Positions 48,228 through 60,820 of a stretch of 64,000 bases of DNA are shown here, piece after piece. The notes below the pieces were generated by a model. That model worked only from the letters and a program-made list of their open reading frames with translations. It had not been told where the DNA came from and searched no databases. Positions within the stretch are counted from its first letter, which is position 1; each line of letters begins with the position of its first letter. The DNA comes from Phaeosaccion multiseriatum (Eukaryota; Protista; Ochrophyta, other classes): contig OZ218950.1 of the NCBI GenBank assembly GCA_965112735.1, positions 2,170,001-2,234,000 on the forward strand, given 5' to 3'. The position numbers were made by a program, and so were the translations under genes.

Positions 48228-50518
48228 CTATGAAACGGTCGTCTCCTTCACCCGGTGCACCTGGGGTGGTGTCGGATGCGCCAGACCAGAGGCGCTGCCT
48301 CCCATGCCCGCCTTCTTGGCACCTTCACTCGGTGGCTGCTGCGGTGGCTGCTGCGGCGGCGGCGGTGGCGGCTTGCTTCTTGGTGGTGGCGGAGGTGGTG
48401 GTGGCTTGGATCCAGGTGCTGCAGAGGTGGAGCTTGGAGGCCTTGGCGGGGGTGGTGGCGGTACCTTCCGAGCTGCTCCTCCTCCTCCTCCTCCTGCTCC
48501 TGCTGGGGTCGCCTTCTTCGATTGCGCCAAAACGTGCTGGGGTATTGGGCCCGGAGGAGGAGGGGGCCTTGGCTTCGCTGAACCACCAACTCCTCCCTTC
48601 GCATCCACTGCTGCCGCCACCCTTTGCCGCTTGGCCGGTTCTCCACCCGAAGAGTTGCTGCTCGTGCTGTTACTCCTGATGAGCGGCTGTCGGGTGGTCC
48701 CGTCATGCTTCGCACCACCACCAACACCACCACCAACACCACTAGTAGTGGTGGGTGGTGGCCCCTTGGGAGGGGGCGGAATGGCCTTGCGCGGCGGTGG
48801 TGGCGGCGGCGGTGGACGGGTTCCTGCTGCTGCCCCCGGCTTGTTCTTGCTGGGCGGAGCTCCAGGGGGTGGAGGCGGCACGGGTCTGGAGCCACTGCCT
48901 CCCTGCCTCGGTCTCTTGGCCGATGGCTGAGACGCGGGGGGCTGCGGCTGAGGCCGGCCCTCCTTCCTCTTGGAGCCGCTGCTGCTGGTGCTAAGAGCAG
49001 AGCTACCACTAGTGGTGCTCTTCGTTTGCATCGCCGTGCCGCTACCGCTGCCGCTAGTGCTGGCGCTGCTGTTGCTGCTGTTGCTGCGAGCCATGGCTGC
49101 AAAGGCATTTCCACTTCCAGTCGGCATCATGCCACCCCCCGCCCCGCCAAACGCAGCTGCACCCCCCGGTGACGCCAGAGGACTGAGCCCCGCTGACGCC
49201 TTACCAAACGCATCTTCCAACGCCGCGCTCTTACGCTTGGCGACAACCGCCGCCGCTTCTGGCGACGCCGGGTGGAGCACCAACTTCTCTGACAGAGCCG
49301 CTCGGAGCACCCGCACAGTCTCCTCCCGCTGCGCCTGCTTTTCGGGGTCCTTGCCCGGGGAGATTTGCTTGTACAGCGCCAGGAGGGTGGTGATGCAGAC
49401 TGTGGGTGATGGGGGGGGGGGGCGGAGGGCAAGCGCAGACACGAAGCGACGACAGACAGAGAAAGAGAGGGGGCACACGAGTAAGATTTTTGTTCTTTTT
49501 TGAATGCAGTAATTGCCTTTTTTTGTTTTTTTTTTCTCTCTCGGCATCTTTATTGCTGAGAGATGAATATATAGTGTGCATAGTACACAACCCACCACCA
49601 CGGACCAAAAGAAACGCCATCGTACTCACGTTGGAACTCGTCTGGCTTGATGTTCATCCTCAGGCCCACGTCGCTGAGGAAGGGGCGTATTTGTCCCCGG
49701 TGCTTATGCAGCGCCGCCAGCATGGTGCACACCTTTGCGAGCGTGTCGGAGGAAAGGTGCAGACACAGAGCCGTACATAGGCTGCTCCATACCAGATGGA
49801 TGGATGGATGGATGGATAGATAGATAGATAGAATGGTGGTGGCGTGGTTGTCGACGACATCGACATGCATAGAAAAAAAATAGTAGAAAAACCAGACCAC
49901 AGATGGGAGTTAGGTAGAGAGGGTAGACGTGAGGGAGAAGCATCCCAGGAAACCAAACGAATCCGAAGAGCCAACAGGTCCACGTCACCAATTCACCGCG
50001 GTGATGCGATGATGCGATGTGATGCAGATAGCAGTTGACACGCGTTGCGTTGGTCCAAGCCAAAGAGCCGCGCCGAAGAAAGCGAGCGTACGTGTGGTTG
50101 ACAACATGAGGGTGCGTGCGTGCGTGCGTGCGTTCGTTGTACACGAGAGGGCACAGGGTGGTGTGGTGTGGTGTCTGTTATAGGCACAGCTCTGGTAATA
50201 TTTGTGTGGAGGAAGAAGGGCAGAGAGAAAGAGAGAGAGAGAGCAAAAAGCCTGTCCCGTCCCATCATCATCCGTCCCCCCGTTGTCTCCCAACCCCGGG
50301 TTCGAATACATTTGTCTATCTACAAGTCTCTATATCTACACAGTTTTTACACAGTTTTTTTACACCCATGTACATCCAGTCACACCACTAAGCACCCCCC
50401 ACAACACACCCAAACGAGTGGGGCGATCTCAGATGAGAGTGGGGGAAGAGCAGGACAGGACAGGCCTTGGGAAGGTACGGGGCAGGTAGGGTGTGTGCAA
50501 ACCTCTTGGTGGCCTCCG

Positions 50519-50558
<40 letters not shown>

Positions 50559-51980
50559 ACACACACACAACCGTGCTTCTGAGCTCGACCAATTGACCAA
50601 CCCCCTGGGGTGCGTTCACAAGACCGCGCACCTGTCGTTGAGGAACTCAATGGCCAGTATCAGTACCGCTCTCTTCGAGAAGAAGGGCAGGTGCTCTGTT
50701 GTTGCCAGCGCAAGGGCCGTTGGTTGCGTGGAGCGGAAGCCGGGGCGAGCGGATCCATTATGCGTGGGCGCGCATGTGTGTGTGCGTGCGTGCGTGCAAG
50801 ACAGGGAGGCAGCAGAGTCATGAGCTCTTTGCATCAAGCCCCTGCGTCAGCAGCGGCGAGAGCGACAACCTTTCCAGTGAGAACACTTCCACAACCCCGT
50901 CACACACCACCCCAACCCGTTTCCACCCTCACTGCCAACCCAAAAGAGTCAGCGGCTACCCGGTTTCGAGCACTCTCTTCACCCCCGAGGCGAGGGAAGG
51001 CACTACCTCCCCCTCCCCACCCCCCTCCAGCGCTCACACAGGTGCTGACACTGCACAGACACCACCACCCCTATTCACACTTGGCACACCCACCAAAGTG
51101 CGGCAAAGCCTGCTTGAGCGCGGCGTGTGGGGGCCTCCAGATTAACTCGAAGCCGAGGGAGTCAAGGAGTTCCATCTCCGCCTTTAACACCTCGAGCTCA
51201 ATCTTGTTGTACTCCTGTTGGCGGTTTATCAGAGGGAGGTTGGGCGTTCACATTTGTTGGGCGACACAACACACACAGGGGCCGAAAATAAGTTAGATTT
51301 TGAGCAAATGCGTGCAAACAAAAGAGCAGCAGCAGCAGCAGCAGCAGCAAAAGCAGCGGGCGGGATAAATTTAGACCATGGACAGGGGTGCAGCACGCTT
51401 CGCCTCCTCACAACCACTTACGTCGCTGTCTCTGGCGAGCCTCTCGTCGTTCTGTCCGAGCATGTCTCCGCGTGCCTTGGCGCATGTCAAGATGATCTTC
51501 TCAAGGCGCACAGGCTGCTCCTCCGCCTTGCCCGCCAGCAGCAGACACGCGTAGGCCATGTTCATTCGCGTGTGCTTTGTCAGCTTGGGGTGCCTTTGTG
51601 GGGCAGAGGGATTGATGGTACGGTACGGGGAAAGGGGGGGGGGGGGCGTGTGATTGATCTTAGCAGGGGAAAAGGGCGGAGTATAGAAGGACAGGAAGAA
51701 AGGGTATGGATGGGGATGGGGAGAGGGGGGGGGATTAAGGAAGGCACCTCTCCCCTCAACTTCAGTGCAGTGCGACTTACTGTGGGCTTGGGAAAGGGTT
51801 GTCGGCGTAGTAGGACTGAAAGTAATACTGCGCGGTCACAGTCGTGACCTTGCGAAACAGCTTCCCTCCCACTTCTGAGATGAAGTGGCCCGTCATGAAG
51901 CGTTTAAAATTCTCCTCCTCTTGGGAAATGGTCTGCACTGCAGACAGCTGCTCCCGGGTGTACAGCGGTGGTGCCTCCAT
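48228..51980 (-). CDS. Transcriptional cyclin (T/K/L-like) with long Pro-rich C-terminus
   Basis: Spliced cyclin-box segments VTAQYYFQSYY, ACLLLAGKAEEQPVRLEKII, VLKAEMELLDSLGFEL, FLNDSLCTALCL, then a large poly-Pro exon (~49399-48228). Start and end are approximate. Confidence 0.8.
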
Positions 51981-52806
51981 GGTGGCTGCCTGCAGGAGCA
52001 GACGGGGGGTGGTAACGGGGGGAGTGGAGGGCGTGTAAGAGACTGACTACGCAAGAGTGCAAGGGGAAAGCCAAATGACCCGTCTCTCCGGACCACAACA
52101 TGGGGCTCGTTCAGCACGCCCCTGATGAGCGGCGCAGGGCACTGCCCCACACAGAGGCTGTCCCCCCCGCCCCTTCCCCCGGTAAAGCTTGAAGAGACCC
52201 ACACCGCCCCCCAACCCCCGAGGTGGAACGCCCACCACGCTGAAAGGCGCGTCTTGGTACTCCCTATACATCTACCTCCACTCCTGCCCCCTGCTGCTGT
52301 TCTGTCTATCTATCCCATCCCTCCTCCCATCATAAAGAACGGTCCACACCTCCGCACTTCCACGCGTTCCAAGCCCCTCCAATGCCCACTCCCCCTTAGC
52401 AGAGATGGAGCCCAATTGAAATATCCAAAGCACCATATAAAAGGGCTTCCCTGCACCTCCTCAGGTCTCTCTCTCTCCTGCCGTTAAGGCCCCACCGCAG
52501 CACACGCACACGCTTTCTGGAGGGGAAAAGGCAAAACGACTGCCAAACCAAATGCGTACCTTCTCGATCTGATTCCCGCGAACAAGTCCCTTACTCGCCC
52601 GTCAGCTTATACCCGCCCCTTCCCTTCAGCGCAGCTGTTCCACTGCCGTTCCCCCCGCGTTTCCCCTCTCCCACCCCTTGTCCCCTCCGCCCTCCCCTGA
52701 GGGACGGTGGGGGAGTCCCCCTTTTGGTGCTTAACCCTCCTCCACCACTCGCGCTTTCTCTCCTGCCTTGGGAAGGGCAAGAGGTCTACGGAGTGGGGTA
52801 AGGGGG

Positions 52807-52946
52807 GGGAAAGACTACGCTTTTCCCTGCTGCTGTTCAATAGGCTAAGGTCTTAGGCGTGTTTTGCTTGGCAGCGCCTGCCAAGCACCCCCCCGGGAAG
52901 AGTGCCCGGGGGGGCTCGGGTTTCTGTGGCTGAGATGGGTACACCC
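52807..52946. other. Cluster of abutting short stem-loops in a divergent intergenic region
   Basis: Perfect 10-bp stems at 52865-52887 and 52888-52914, with weaker stems on both sides. Confidence 0.6.
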
Positions 52947-53198
52947 TTTTCCTTTCTTTTCCATCAATCCTCCCTCCCTCTCTATTTCTCTCTCTCCCTC
53001 TCTCTCTCTTCTATTCCATAATAGACTTAGCCATTTACACCGGAGGGAGAGGAAGGGAGCGAAGGGTGGTGTGGTGCGGTGGGTGGGAGAGTGGCGAGGC
53101 AGGGATCATAGCCGAGGGTGGAGAGTGAAGAGTGGACCAGAAGGTCGGGAGGGGGATTGAGAACCCCTCTCCCCTGTGCGCCAGAAGCACCAGACGCA

Positions 53199-54537
53199 AT
53201 GCTGACTATGAAAGAAGGAGAAGCCATGGAGCGGAAGGGAAGCGAAGAGGAGGTGAATGAGAGCATGAAAGGGAAGGGCCCCACCCAGACAGAGACGGCG
53301 TCAGCGCCCTCTCCCCTCACGGAAGGCACGGAAGGAGGAGAAGTGGGGGAGGGCACCACTTCAGTGCCGCAGAAGCCCGGGGCGGTGGAATCTCTGCCCA
53401 TGTGCCAGGAGTGCGAAAAGGCCCAGAGCAAGTACCGCTGCCCGGCCTGCGGGCGTCTCACGTGCAGCCTCGTGTGCTGCCAGGCCCACAAGAAGCGGCA
53501 GAACTGCAATGGAAAGCGAAGCCGTACCGACTTTGTGCGTGTGTCCCAGTTCACGGACCAGCAACTGCACAGCGACTACTTCTTCCTGGAGGACGCCCTT
53601 CGCACCGTGGAGGGGTCCAAGAGGGAGTTTGGGAGGTTGGGGACGTCGATTGGGACGATTGTACAGGAGAAGGACGGGCGTCAGCCCGCCGCAAAGCGCA
53701 GGAGAGGTGGGGGAAGGGGGGGGGCGAGGGGACGAAGGGAAGCAGCAGTAGTAGCTGCAGCAGCAGCACCAGCAGTGCCGCTAGTACCTGAGGAAGAGGA
53801 GGAGGAGGAGGAGGACGGCAACGACGACGATGAGGGCGAGGCGGAGGAGGGCGAAGTCCAGCGTAGTAGGAAGACGAAGATGAATAGAGACATTATCAAG
53901 CCCGAGCCCTGCGGCGCATGGCTCTCGGCGCACCCCGACAAAGTGCAGCAGTTGGTGCGTCACGCACACGAGCAACAGCGCATCACGCTCTTGCTCATGC
54001 CGCCCGGCATGACACGGCGGAAGATCAACAGCACGTTCTTGAAATTCTCTGACCGGACGGTGCACTGGCGTGTGGAGTGGGTGTTTGGCCATGCATTGGG
54101 AGGGGCTTGGTCGGTGGTGGACGACAAGGTGAGCGAGCGGGCGGTGCTGCAGGACCTCTTGGCGGGGCATCTTGGCGCAAGCTCGTCGGCCGCCAGCAGC
54201 AGTAGCAGCAGCAACAGCAGTAGTAATAGCAATAGCAACAAGAGAAGAAGCGATGCGCGAGGGGGGGGGGCGTTGGGCAACGCGCCAAAGCGGCAACGAT
54301 TAAAGACGTATGGCAGCGCACCCCCGCACTCTCTGCGCCTGTTTCTGCAGATCCCTTTCTGCAGAAGCGATCGGCAGCGCTGGTACGAGCTGCGGCCAGA
54401 CGCGTCGCTGCTGGATAACCTCAGAGACAAGGTCGTTATCGAGTTTCCCGTCATTCACGTGGCGCTTCGTGGGCTGGACGACGACAATGCCTTTCCGAGC
54501 CTCATCAGCGAGGCAACTTCCGCGCCCTCCTCGTCGT

Positions 54538-54570
<33 letters not shown>

Positions 54571-54662
54571 CACTTGGTGATACAGCAGCAGCAGCCGCCG
54601 CTCCACGGGTAGACGGCGGCGCGGAAGCGCAAGCCGTGGTCGCCGACGGGGTGGCCGGATGA
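53199..54662 (+). CDS. ZNHIT6: Box C/D snoRNA protein 1 (HIT zinc finger)
   Basis: Single ORF. CQECEK..KYRCPACGRLTCSLVCCQAHKKRQNCNGKR, LHSDYFFLED, LMPPGMTRRKINST, WRVEW, LRDKVVIEFP. Confidence 0.92.
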
Positions 54663-54865
54663 AGTCATGGGTCGGTCAAGTCGCTTCAGGAGTGTACAAA
54701 ACGAAGAACGCACTATTCCATTCAAATCAGAATAGTATTATCGGAGTCAAGGTGTGGCCTTTTTTCTCTCTCTCGCTTACAATGGCATGGGGGTACTGTA
54801 CCTCTCCCTGCCTCATCTCTCTCTACCTTGGCATATACACGACTTGCTATATTTCATGTCTGGGT

Positions 54866-56965
54866 TCAGCCGTGCGCAGTGAGCAGGAGGGACTCCAACG
54901 TCCGAGAGGAATGCCGCCGGTCAATGTAGCTCGCTGTGCCTCTCCGACCTCCCCGGCCCCTCTCTGCCCTTCTTCTCCGCCCTCCCCCTCCACCCCCGCC
55001 CCTGATTATGGGCGGAAAAGCACTCCTCTTACTCCCACCCCCTGTCCCAGTGGAGCGGCACTTGTCCTTGGTGAGTGTGTCCGGTACCCATAGCCCATGT
55101 CCCACTGTTTCACCCAGCGGCGGGGCTGGTAAGTGCTTCCGCTCGACGGTGGGACGAACGCGGTTTGAGTCCACGCGCTCCTTTGGCCCCTGCTCGCTCG
55201 GCTTCTGCCGGACTGCTGCCTTTCTCTCGCGCGGCCTTGTCTTCCGGGGCAGTACGGGCGGGTTGGGCTGTAGGGAGGCAGTGGAGGGAGGCCCGCTGAT
55301 AGGAAACTCCGCCGTTTGGGACAGCTGTAAATGGGGGTCACTGCCCTCGTCCTCATCATGGAAAGTGGCGCCAAAGCTCGCCGGTGTCATCGTCGCCCCC
55401 GCGCCCCCGCCCTCTCCCCCCCCCCCACCCTGTCCTCCTCTTTCGCTTCCCAGCAGCGACTCTTCGCTCCCCACCCTCACCCCCCCCGCCAGAGGCTCCA
55501 GGCTTTGGACCGTGCTCGAGAAGCTCGGCCGACCCGCTTTACTGCCTGCCCGAGCTCTGCCACCTTCACTGCGGCGGCGCCTTGATCGTCCTTTGCCTGA
55601 ACCCCCTCCTCTCCTGCTCTTCCTACCGCTTTCTCCTGTTCCTCCTCGACCTCCAAAGTCTGCCGTCTCTTCCAGCGACCAGTCCACCTCGCCATTCGCA
55701 CCCAATGGTCTGAAGTTGGTGCTCTCTTGGAACCCTCGCTTGCTCATATGCAAGGGATCTTCGTTCCGAATCGGCCCGTCCTTCTTCTGACCGTCTTGCT
55801 TTAGACCTACCCCTACCTTGAGGTCAATGTGCTCCAGCATTGACGGTTGCAGGCTAGAAGAGACCCGGTAGAACTGAGTCGTTCCCTCTTGCTCTTTCCC
55901 TCTTGCTTGTGCTCTTCTCTCGACGGAGTCGGCCTCCCCCACTTGCTGCTGCTGCTGCGGCTGCTGCTGTTGGTAGTGGTGCTGGTGCCCTCTCTTCTTT
56001 CCCCTCTTCTTCTTGGGGGGTTGCTCCTCCTGTGGGACAATTCCCCCTTCCTTGTGTAGTATAGAGGTCTGAGGGGAGTCGTGCAGCGGACACATCTTGT
56101 CCCCGTGGAAGCGAGAAAGCACCAGCACACTACCGTCATCGTCAAATATCCACTCCTTCCCCTTGATCTCCTTGAGCATACGGTCCATTCTCGCCTTGGA
56201 CTCGGCCTCTCTTTCTTCCAGAGCCTTGACCCGACTCTCCTCCCCCTTCCTCCTCGCCTCGTCCGCCTTGGTCTTGTTCATACACTCCTTCTCAAAGGCT
56301 GACCAGGACAGCTCATACCCCGCTCCCTGCCCGAATGAGGACATTTCTTCATCCAGCGCCATGACCATCCCCTGCTGACTCCCCGTGGACGACTTGCGAG
56401 ATGCAGCCCCCCTTGACTGCCGTCGATTCTTGCCGGCACGGTTTCCATTCGTCCCCAAGGACGACCGAGAGCTTTTCGCCCCCCGTTCCGTCCTTGCAGT
56501 AGTACCGCTGCTGTTCGCCTGAGTAAGTTCATCCAAAGCTGAGACGGCCTTCGGCCGCCGAATCGCGAGCGCCCCTCTTGCCCACGAGTCGATCTTCGAG
56601 GGAGGTGGCTCCTCCTCTGCAACCAACAATGGGTGCTCCAGCTGCGGCCTCTGCTGCTCCCGTCCATCACGAGGGGAGCCCTGCTCTTCTGAAGTTCCCC
56701 CGATCTCTTCTTCTACTGCGATCCCCGCCCCATTCTCCTCGCACGTGACTTGCTGGTTGCGGTCCTCTCCAGGGCACCACCCTGCCACTGCACCGAGCAC
56801 ATCATCAACGATCACCCCGCTGGCGAAGGGCACCACCACATGTTGCAAAGCCTTGTCTCCGATATGGTCCAGCACGAAGCCTAGAATCTCCTCTCGGATC
56901 TCCCGGACGATCGTCTCTGTGGCAAAGGCGAGCGAGAAGCTGTCTAAGCACGTGTAAGCCAACAT
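54866..56965 (-). CDS. Uncharacterised protein, C2orf81/DUF4639-like N-terminus
   Basis: 699-aa intronless ORF. EEEPPPSKIDSWARG resembles the conserved motif of that family (recognised by eye). Confidence 0.65.
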   Translation of the reverse strand: MLAYTCLDSFSLAFATETIVREIREEILGFVLDHIGDKALQHVVVPFASGVIVDDVLGAVAGWCPGEDRNQQVTCEENGAGIAVEEEIGGTSEEQGSPRDGREQQRPQLEHPLLVAEEEPPPSKIDSWARGALAIRRPKAVSALDELTQANSSGTTARTERGAKSSRSSLGTNGNRAGKNRRQSRGAASRKSSTGSQQGMVMALDEEMSSFGQGAGYELSWSAFEKECMNKTKADEARRKGEESRVKALEEREAESKARMDRMLKEIKGKEWIFDDDGSVLVLSRFHGDKMCPLHDSPQTSILHKEGGIVPQEEQPPKKKRGKKRGHQHHYQQQQPQQQQQVGEADSVERRAQARGKEQEGTTQFYRVSSSLQPSMLEHIDLKVGVGLKQDGQKKDGPIRNEDPLHMSKRGFQESTNFRPLGANGEVDWSLEETADFGGRGGTGESGRKSRRGGGSGKGRSRRRRSEGGRARAGSKAGRPSFSSTVQSLEPLAGGVRVGSEESLLGSERGGQGGGGGEGGGAGATMTPASFGATFHDEDEGSDPHLQLSQTAEFPISGPPSTASLQPNPPVLPRKTRPRERKAAVRQKPSEQGPKERVDSNRVRPTVERKHLPAPPLGETVGHGLWVPDTLTKDKCRSTGTGGGSKRSAFPPIIRGGGGGGGRRRRAERGRGGRRGTASYIDRRHSSRTLESLLLTAHG

Positions 56966-57879
56966 TGTGCTCCGGCCGCAGCGTGCTGCGAAAAGAAGAG
57001 GACAAGTTTTCCCTTCCCCTCTCCTATTGCTTCCTACTGCTTAGAGCCGCCGTCGCCACCCTTCGCCGTCGTTGGTTAGGGATCTCATCTGCCAATGCTT
57101 AGTGGCTCCTCCCCCTGTTTGTTGCCTTCCACTTCAGGATGCGTAAAATGTGGCAGTATTTTCAAGGGAGCTTCATTCCTGCTTCACAAACCGAGCCACA
57201 GATGGATACCTGCACCTCCGACAATTCCTACGTCTTTATTCCGCTCCTCCTGCTCTCGCGACGCTCGGTGGTGTCCGATCGGTGTCCGCTCTGTTGTCCA
57301 CCCCCTTGGGGAATTTTCTGTAACGATCAAAATTGACGACACACACAGGCAGGAAGGCACAGCAGGGTAGAAGAAAGGCCATATACAACAGAGCCTTGAA
57401 AGGAGTAAAGGTCTTGCTGAAAATCTCTGACTTGTGCTCTTGAGGAGTGTGAGCGAGAGGTTTTGATCCGGGGGCGACACAGGAGGGCGTGAGGAAAGGG
57501 CATGGCGGTGGTGGGCGCAAAGTCCAGGGCATCGAGCGTCACGCGGAGGCACTAAGATGCAGTGAGCAAGGCCCCCTCGCGACGCATTGCACCGACGCTT
57601 GAGACGCGTAGCCAAGGCCTGGAAGGGGGGGCTTTGCGTCTTATTCAAGACGGAGCGGCAAGGAGATACGCAGTCTTTTTTCTTGAGAAGCGCCACCACT
57701 CAGCACGGAGAGCAGTGCAGAAACGCCATTGGTATGCACAAGCAGATGAACAAGTCCTTGGCAGCATATTTCGGCAGGTAGTGCGGGGGGGCGGCGGTCA
57801 GGAGGCCCGTCCTCTGACGTCCCTTGCCGCTTGGCTTGAGAACTTGAGAAGACGGTAAGGACCTTCTCTTTGGGTCATC

Positions 57880-60444
57880 ATGTACAACACATACTCTCAC
57901 GGGTATGGGGGACACAACATTTGGAGCCAGCAGAATAGCCGGACGAAGGCCGGAGGCTTGCAGCGAGACCAGGGAGGGTCTGGGCTCTACCCAAGTCCTT
58001 ACGTAAACAGGACAAAGCTCCGGAGCAAGCAGGGAAGCAGAAGGGGCCACAAGCGAAGTGGTCCAAGTGGGGTGGGTGGGGGCAGCGATGGACAGAGTGG
58101 ACAGCACGGGGGAGGGAGCGTGTCTTCAGATATTAGAGACAGCAGCCGAGGACACTTTCTGGCTGACATTAAGGGGGGTGCTGGGGGTGGGAGCAGCGGC
58201 AGCATTGCCAGTGGGGGCATAGGCGCGGGCGGGGGCGGCAGGATAAGCTACAAGGCGCGGGACCATGGAGCAGGATCTGAAAACGACGGCAGTAGAATAA
58301 ATGGAGGCTCCTCCTCCGGGAAGGGAGGTCAAGGTATGGCAGGGAGCGGGGTTGCCAAGGCTGCAGGACAGCAGCAGTATGGGGATGCCGACAGTACGCG
58401 GTTTCCGCTTTCGTCGCGGCGCGGCCAACGAGCGCTGGGGTCAGCATCGGGGGGAGTAGCGCACACCTTAGGTGGTGGGGCGGGGAACAATAGTGGCAGC
58501 AACAAGCCGCCAGCCGGGAGCAGCAGCAAGTGGGGCAACGGAGTCGGTGCGAGATCGAATGCCCCAACGGGTAGTATGGGAGACGGGGGCGGGGGAGGGC
58601 GGCTGAGGCAGAATCAACGCTCAGGGCAGCATCGCGTTCGATCCCACTCACACAGAAGAGGGGGCTCGGGTGAAGTGGATGCAGTAGGTAACGCTAGTCA
58701 GGGAAAGCTACCCTCCATTGGGGCTGGCGGAGGAGGCGGGGGGGGGGGAGGAGGAGGGGGAGGAGGAGGGGCTGGGGGGGAGCGAAATGAGGGCGGGGAT
58801 GGTGTTCCTCGGCACGCTGTGCAGCAAGGTGTGGGCATCGGACCGGGGAGTGGCCACGCGCTCGTGGTCACCGGGGAGACGGCAAGTCACACCGGTTGCT
58901 GTAGTATAGAAGGGCTAAAGCCAGGGCATGCCAACTGGGAGAATCAGGACAACTTTGTCATCCGCGAGAATGTACTCGCAGGCCGGGGTGACGGTAGCAG
59001 CAATAGCAGCAATGGCAGCAGCGGTAACAGCAGCAATGGCGCGGAGTTCTACTGTGTGTTGGACGGCCACGGAGAGGTGGGACACTTGGTCAGTCGGAGG
59101 TGTCGGGACACCGCTCCTCGCCTGCTCCTGGAGTACGGTTTCGATCTCGTGAGCGCGTGTTTGGCGATGCACGACGACTTGGCCGCTTCGAGCGTGGACT
59201 GCTCGTGCAGCGGGGCCACGTGCGTAATGTGCGTGATAAAGGGAAAGAAGATAACGGTGGCCAACCTGGGGGACAGCAGATGCGTTTTGGCTCGACAGGT
59301 ATGTGTGTGTGCTTGGATGTGTACGTGTGTATGTATGCCTGTGTGTGTGTGTGTGTGTTTGTGCGTGTGTGTGTATATGTGTGCGCGCGTGTTATGGGAT
59401 ATGTTGTTTTTCTTGCCTTGTTGCTGTGCTGGCGTGCTTGCTTTCCATGTGGGGGGATTGGTTGGTGCCAAGCTATCCACTTGGAAAGAGCGTAGAGAGC
59501 GAAGTCAGCCCCAAGGATGACGTTCTTGGTGGATAGTGAGGGATGACCTTCCTGGTGGATAGTGAGGGGTCAGCAGCGCGCTTTCGTGGTGGCTGTGAGG
59601 AACGGGGAGGGGGAGGGGAATGGGCCTCACCCCCTGGGGCGAGGGGGCACTGAGATGAGCACAGAAACGCAACCCCTTTACCACGGAACCTTTTTTTACC
59701 ACGGAGGGCTTGTTTTGCTTCAAAATCACCAATCATTGCGTCTGTCTCTTCCATTCCCTTTCCCTCTCCCTTCCCCCCGCTACCCTCTCCTCCTCCTCCT
59801 CCTTGTCGCACTTGTCGCACTTGTCGCACTTGTCGCACTTGTCGGCACAGGTGAACGGGTCTCTCCGAGCGATCGCTCTCTCCAACGATCACAAGCCGGA
59901 CCGCCCAGACGAGAGACAGCGTATTATGGCCATGGGCGGGCAGGTGGGCAGCAGGCATCTGGTAGTGGGTACCGGGCCCTCGGGACCCATTCGCATCCCC
60001 ATGGGTCCTTCGCGGGTATGGTATCAGGCCAGGGGAGACACCATGGGGCTGGCCATGAGCCGAAGCCTCGGTGACATGATTGCACACACTGCGGGGGTGT
60101 CTTCGCATGCTGAGATCATGGAGCATACCCTCGACGCCTCGGATCAGTTTCTCATCCTCGCCACAGATGGTATTTGGGATGTAACCGACATGAATCAGGC
60201 GGTGCAGATTGTGCAAGGATGCATATCTAGGAGCTCACCGAAGGGAGCGTGGGACCCTCGAGAAGCGGCCGCTCTGCTTGCACACACTGCGCGTAAGAGG
60301 TGGGAGAGCATGTCTGCTATGGTGGATGACATTACTGCCATTGTGGTGAAGCTGAATAGAGGAGGAGGGGGAGGGGGGGGGGGAGGCGGAGGAGGAGGGG
60401 GCGGAGCAGGAGGAGGAGGAGAAGGAGGGGGCCCGCGGATGTGA
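57880..60444 (+). CDS. PP2C/PPM Ser/Thr phosphatase with long Gly-rich N-terminus
   Basis: Exons 57880-59298 and 59851-60444. ENQD, VLDGHG, SGAT, ANLGDSR, LSNDHKPD, GLAMSRSLGD, LATDGIWD, DDIT. Confidence 0.95.
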
Positions 60445-60820
60445 AGAGCAGACAATGCAAAAGCAAACGCATTATGTGGCATGGCTGCATGGGAGATTGA
60501 AGCGACCTGAGCGTCAGTCAACCATTCAGTCAGTCAACCAGCCAGTCAGTATGGAGATAGAGGGACGGAATGGATGGATGGTCTCGTTTGAGGCACACAC
60601 ACGAAGACCGACCGAGCGACAGACAGACGATCATAATATACTAGTCAGGCAAGATATAGGATGGGGCTAGGCAGGCCGGTGGCGTCGTAGGCTCCGACTA
60701 AGTAGACGCATACCTCAACAAAGATTTACTTCACGACCTTTAATTGCTTGCTTGACATGTGACGTAACCGCTTTTTTTTAAAAACACTTTGAAGAAGCCG
60801 CCTTCCTTCACAACCACAAC

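Noticed and set aside
52700-52830. RNase P/MRP or telomerase RNA motifs (GAGGTCT/AGACTAC, TTAACCCT)
   Set aside because: The spacing is far too short for P4, and the template is less than 1.5 telomeric repeats.
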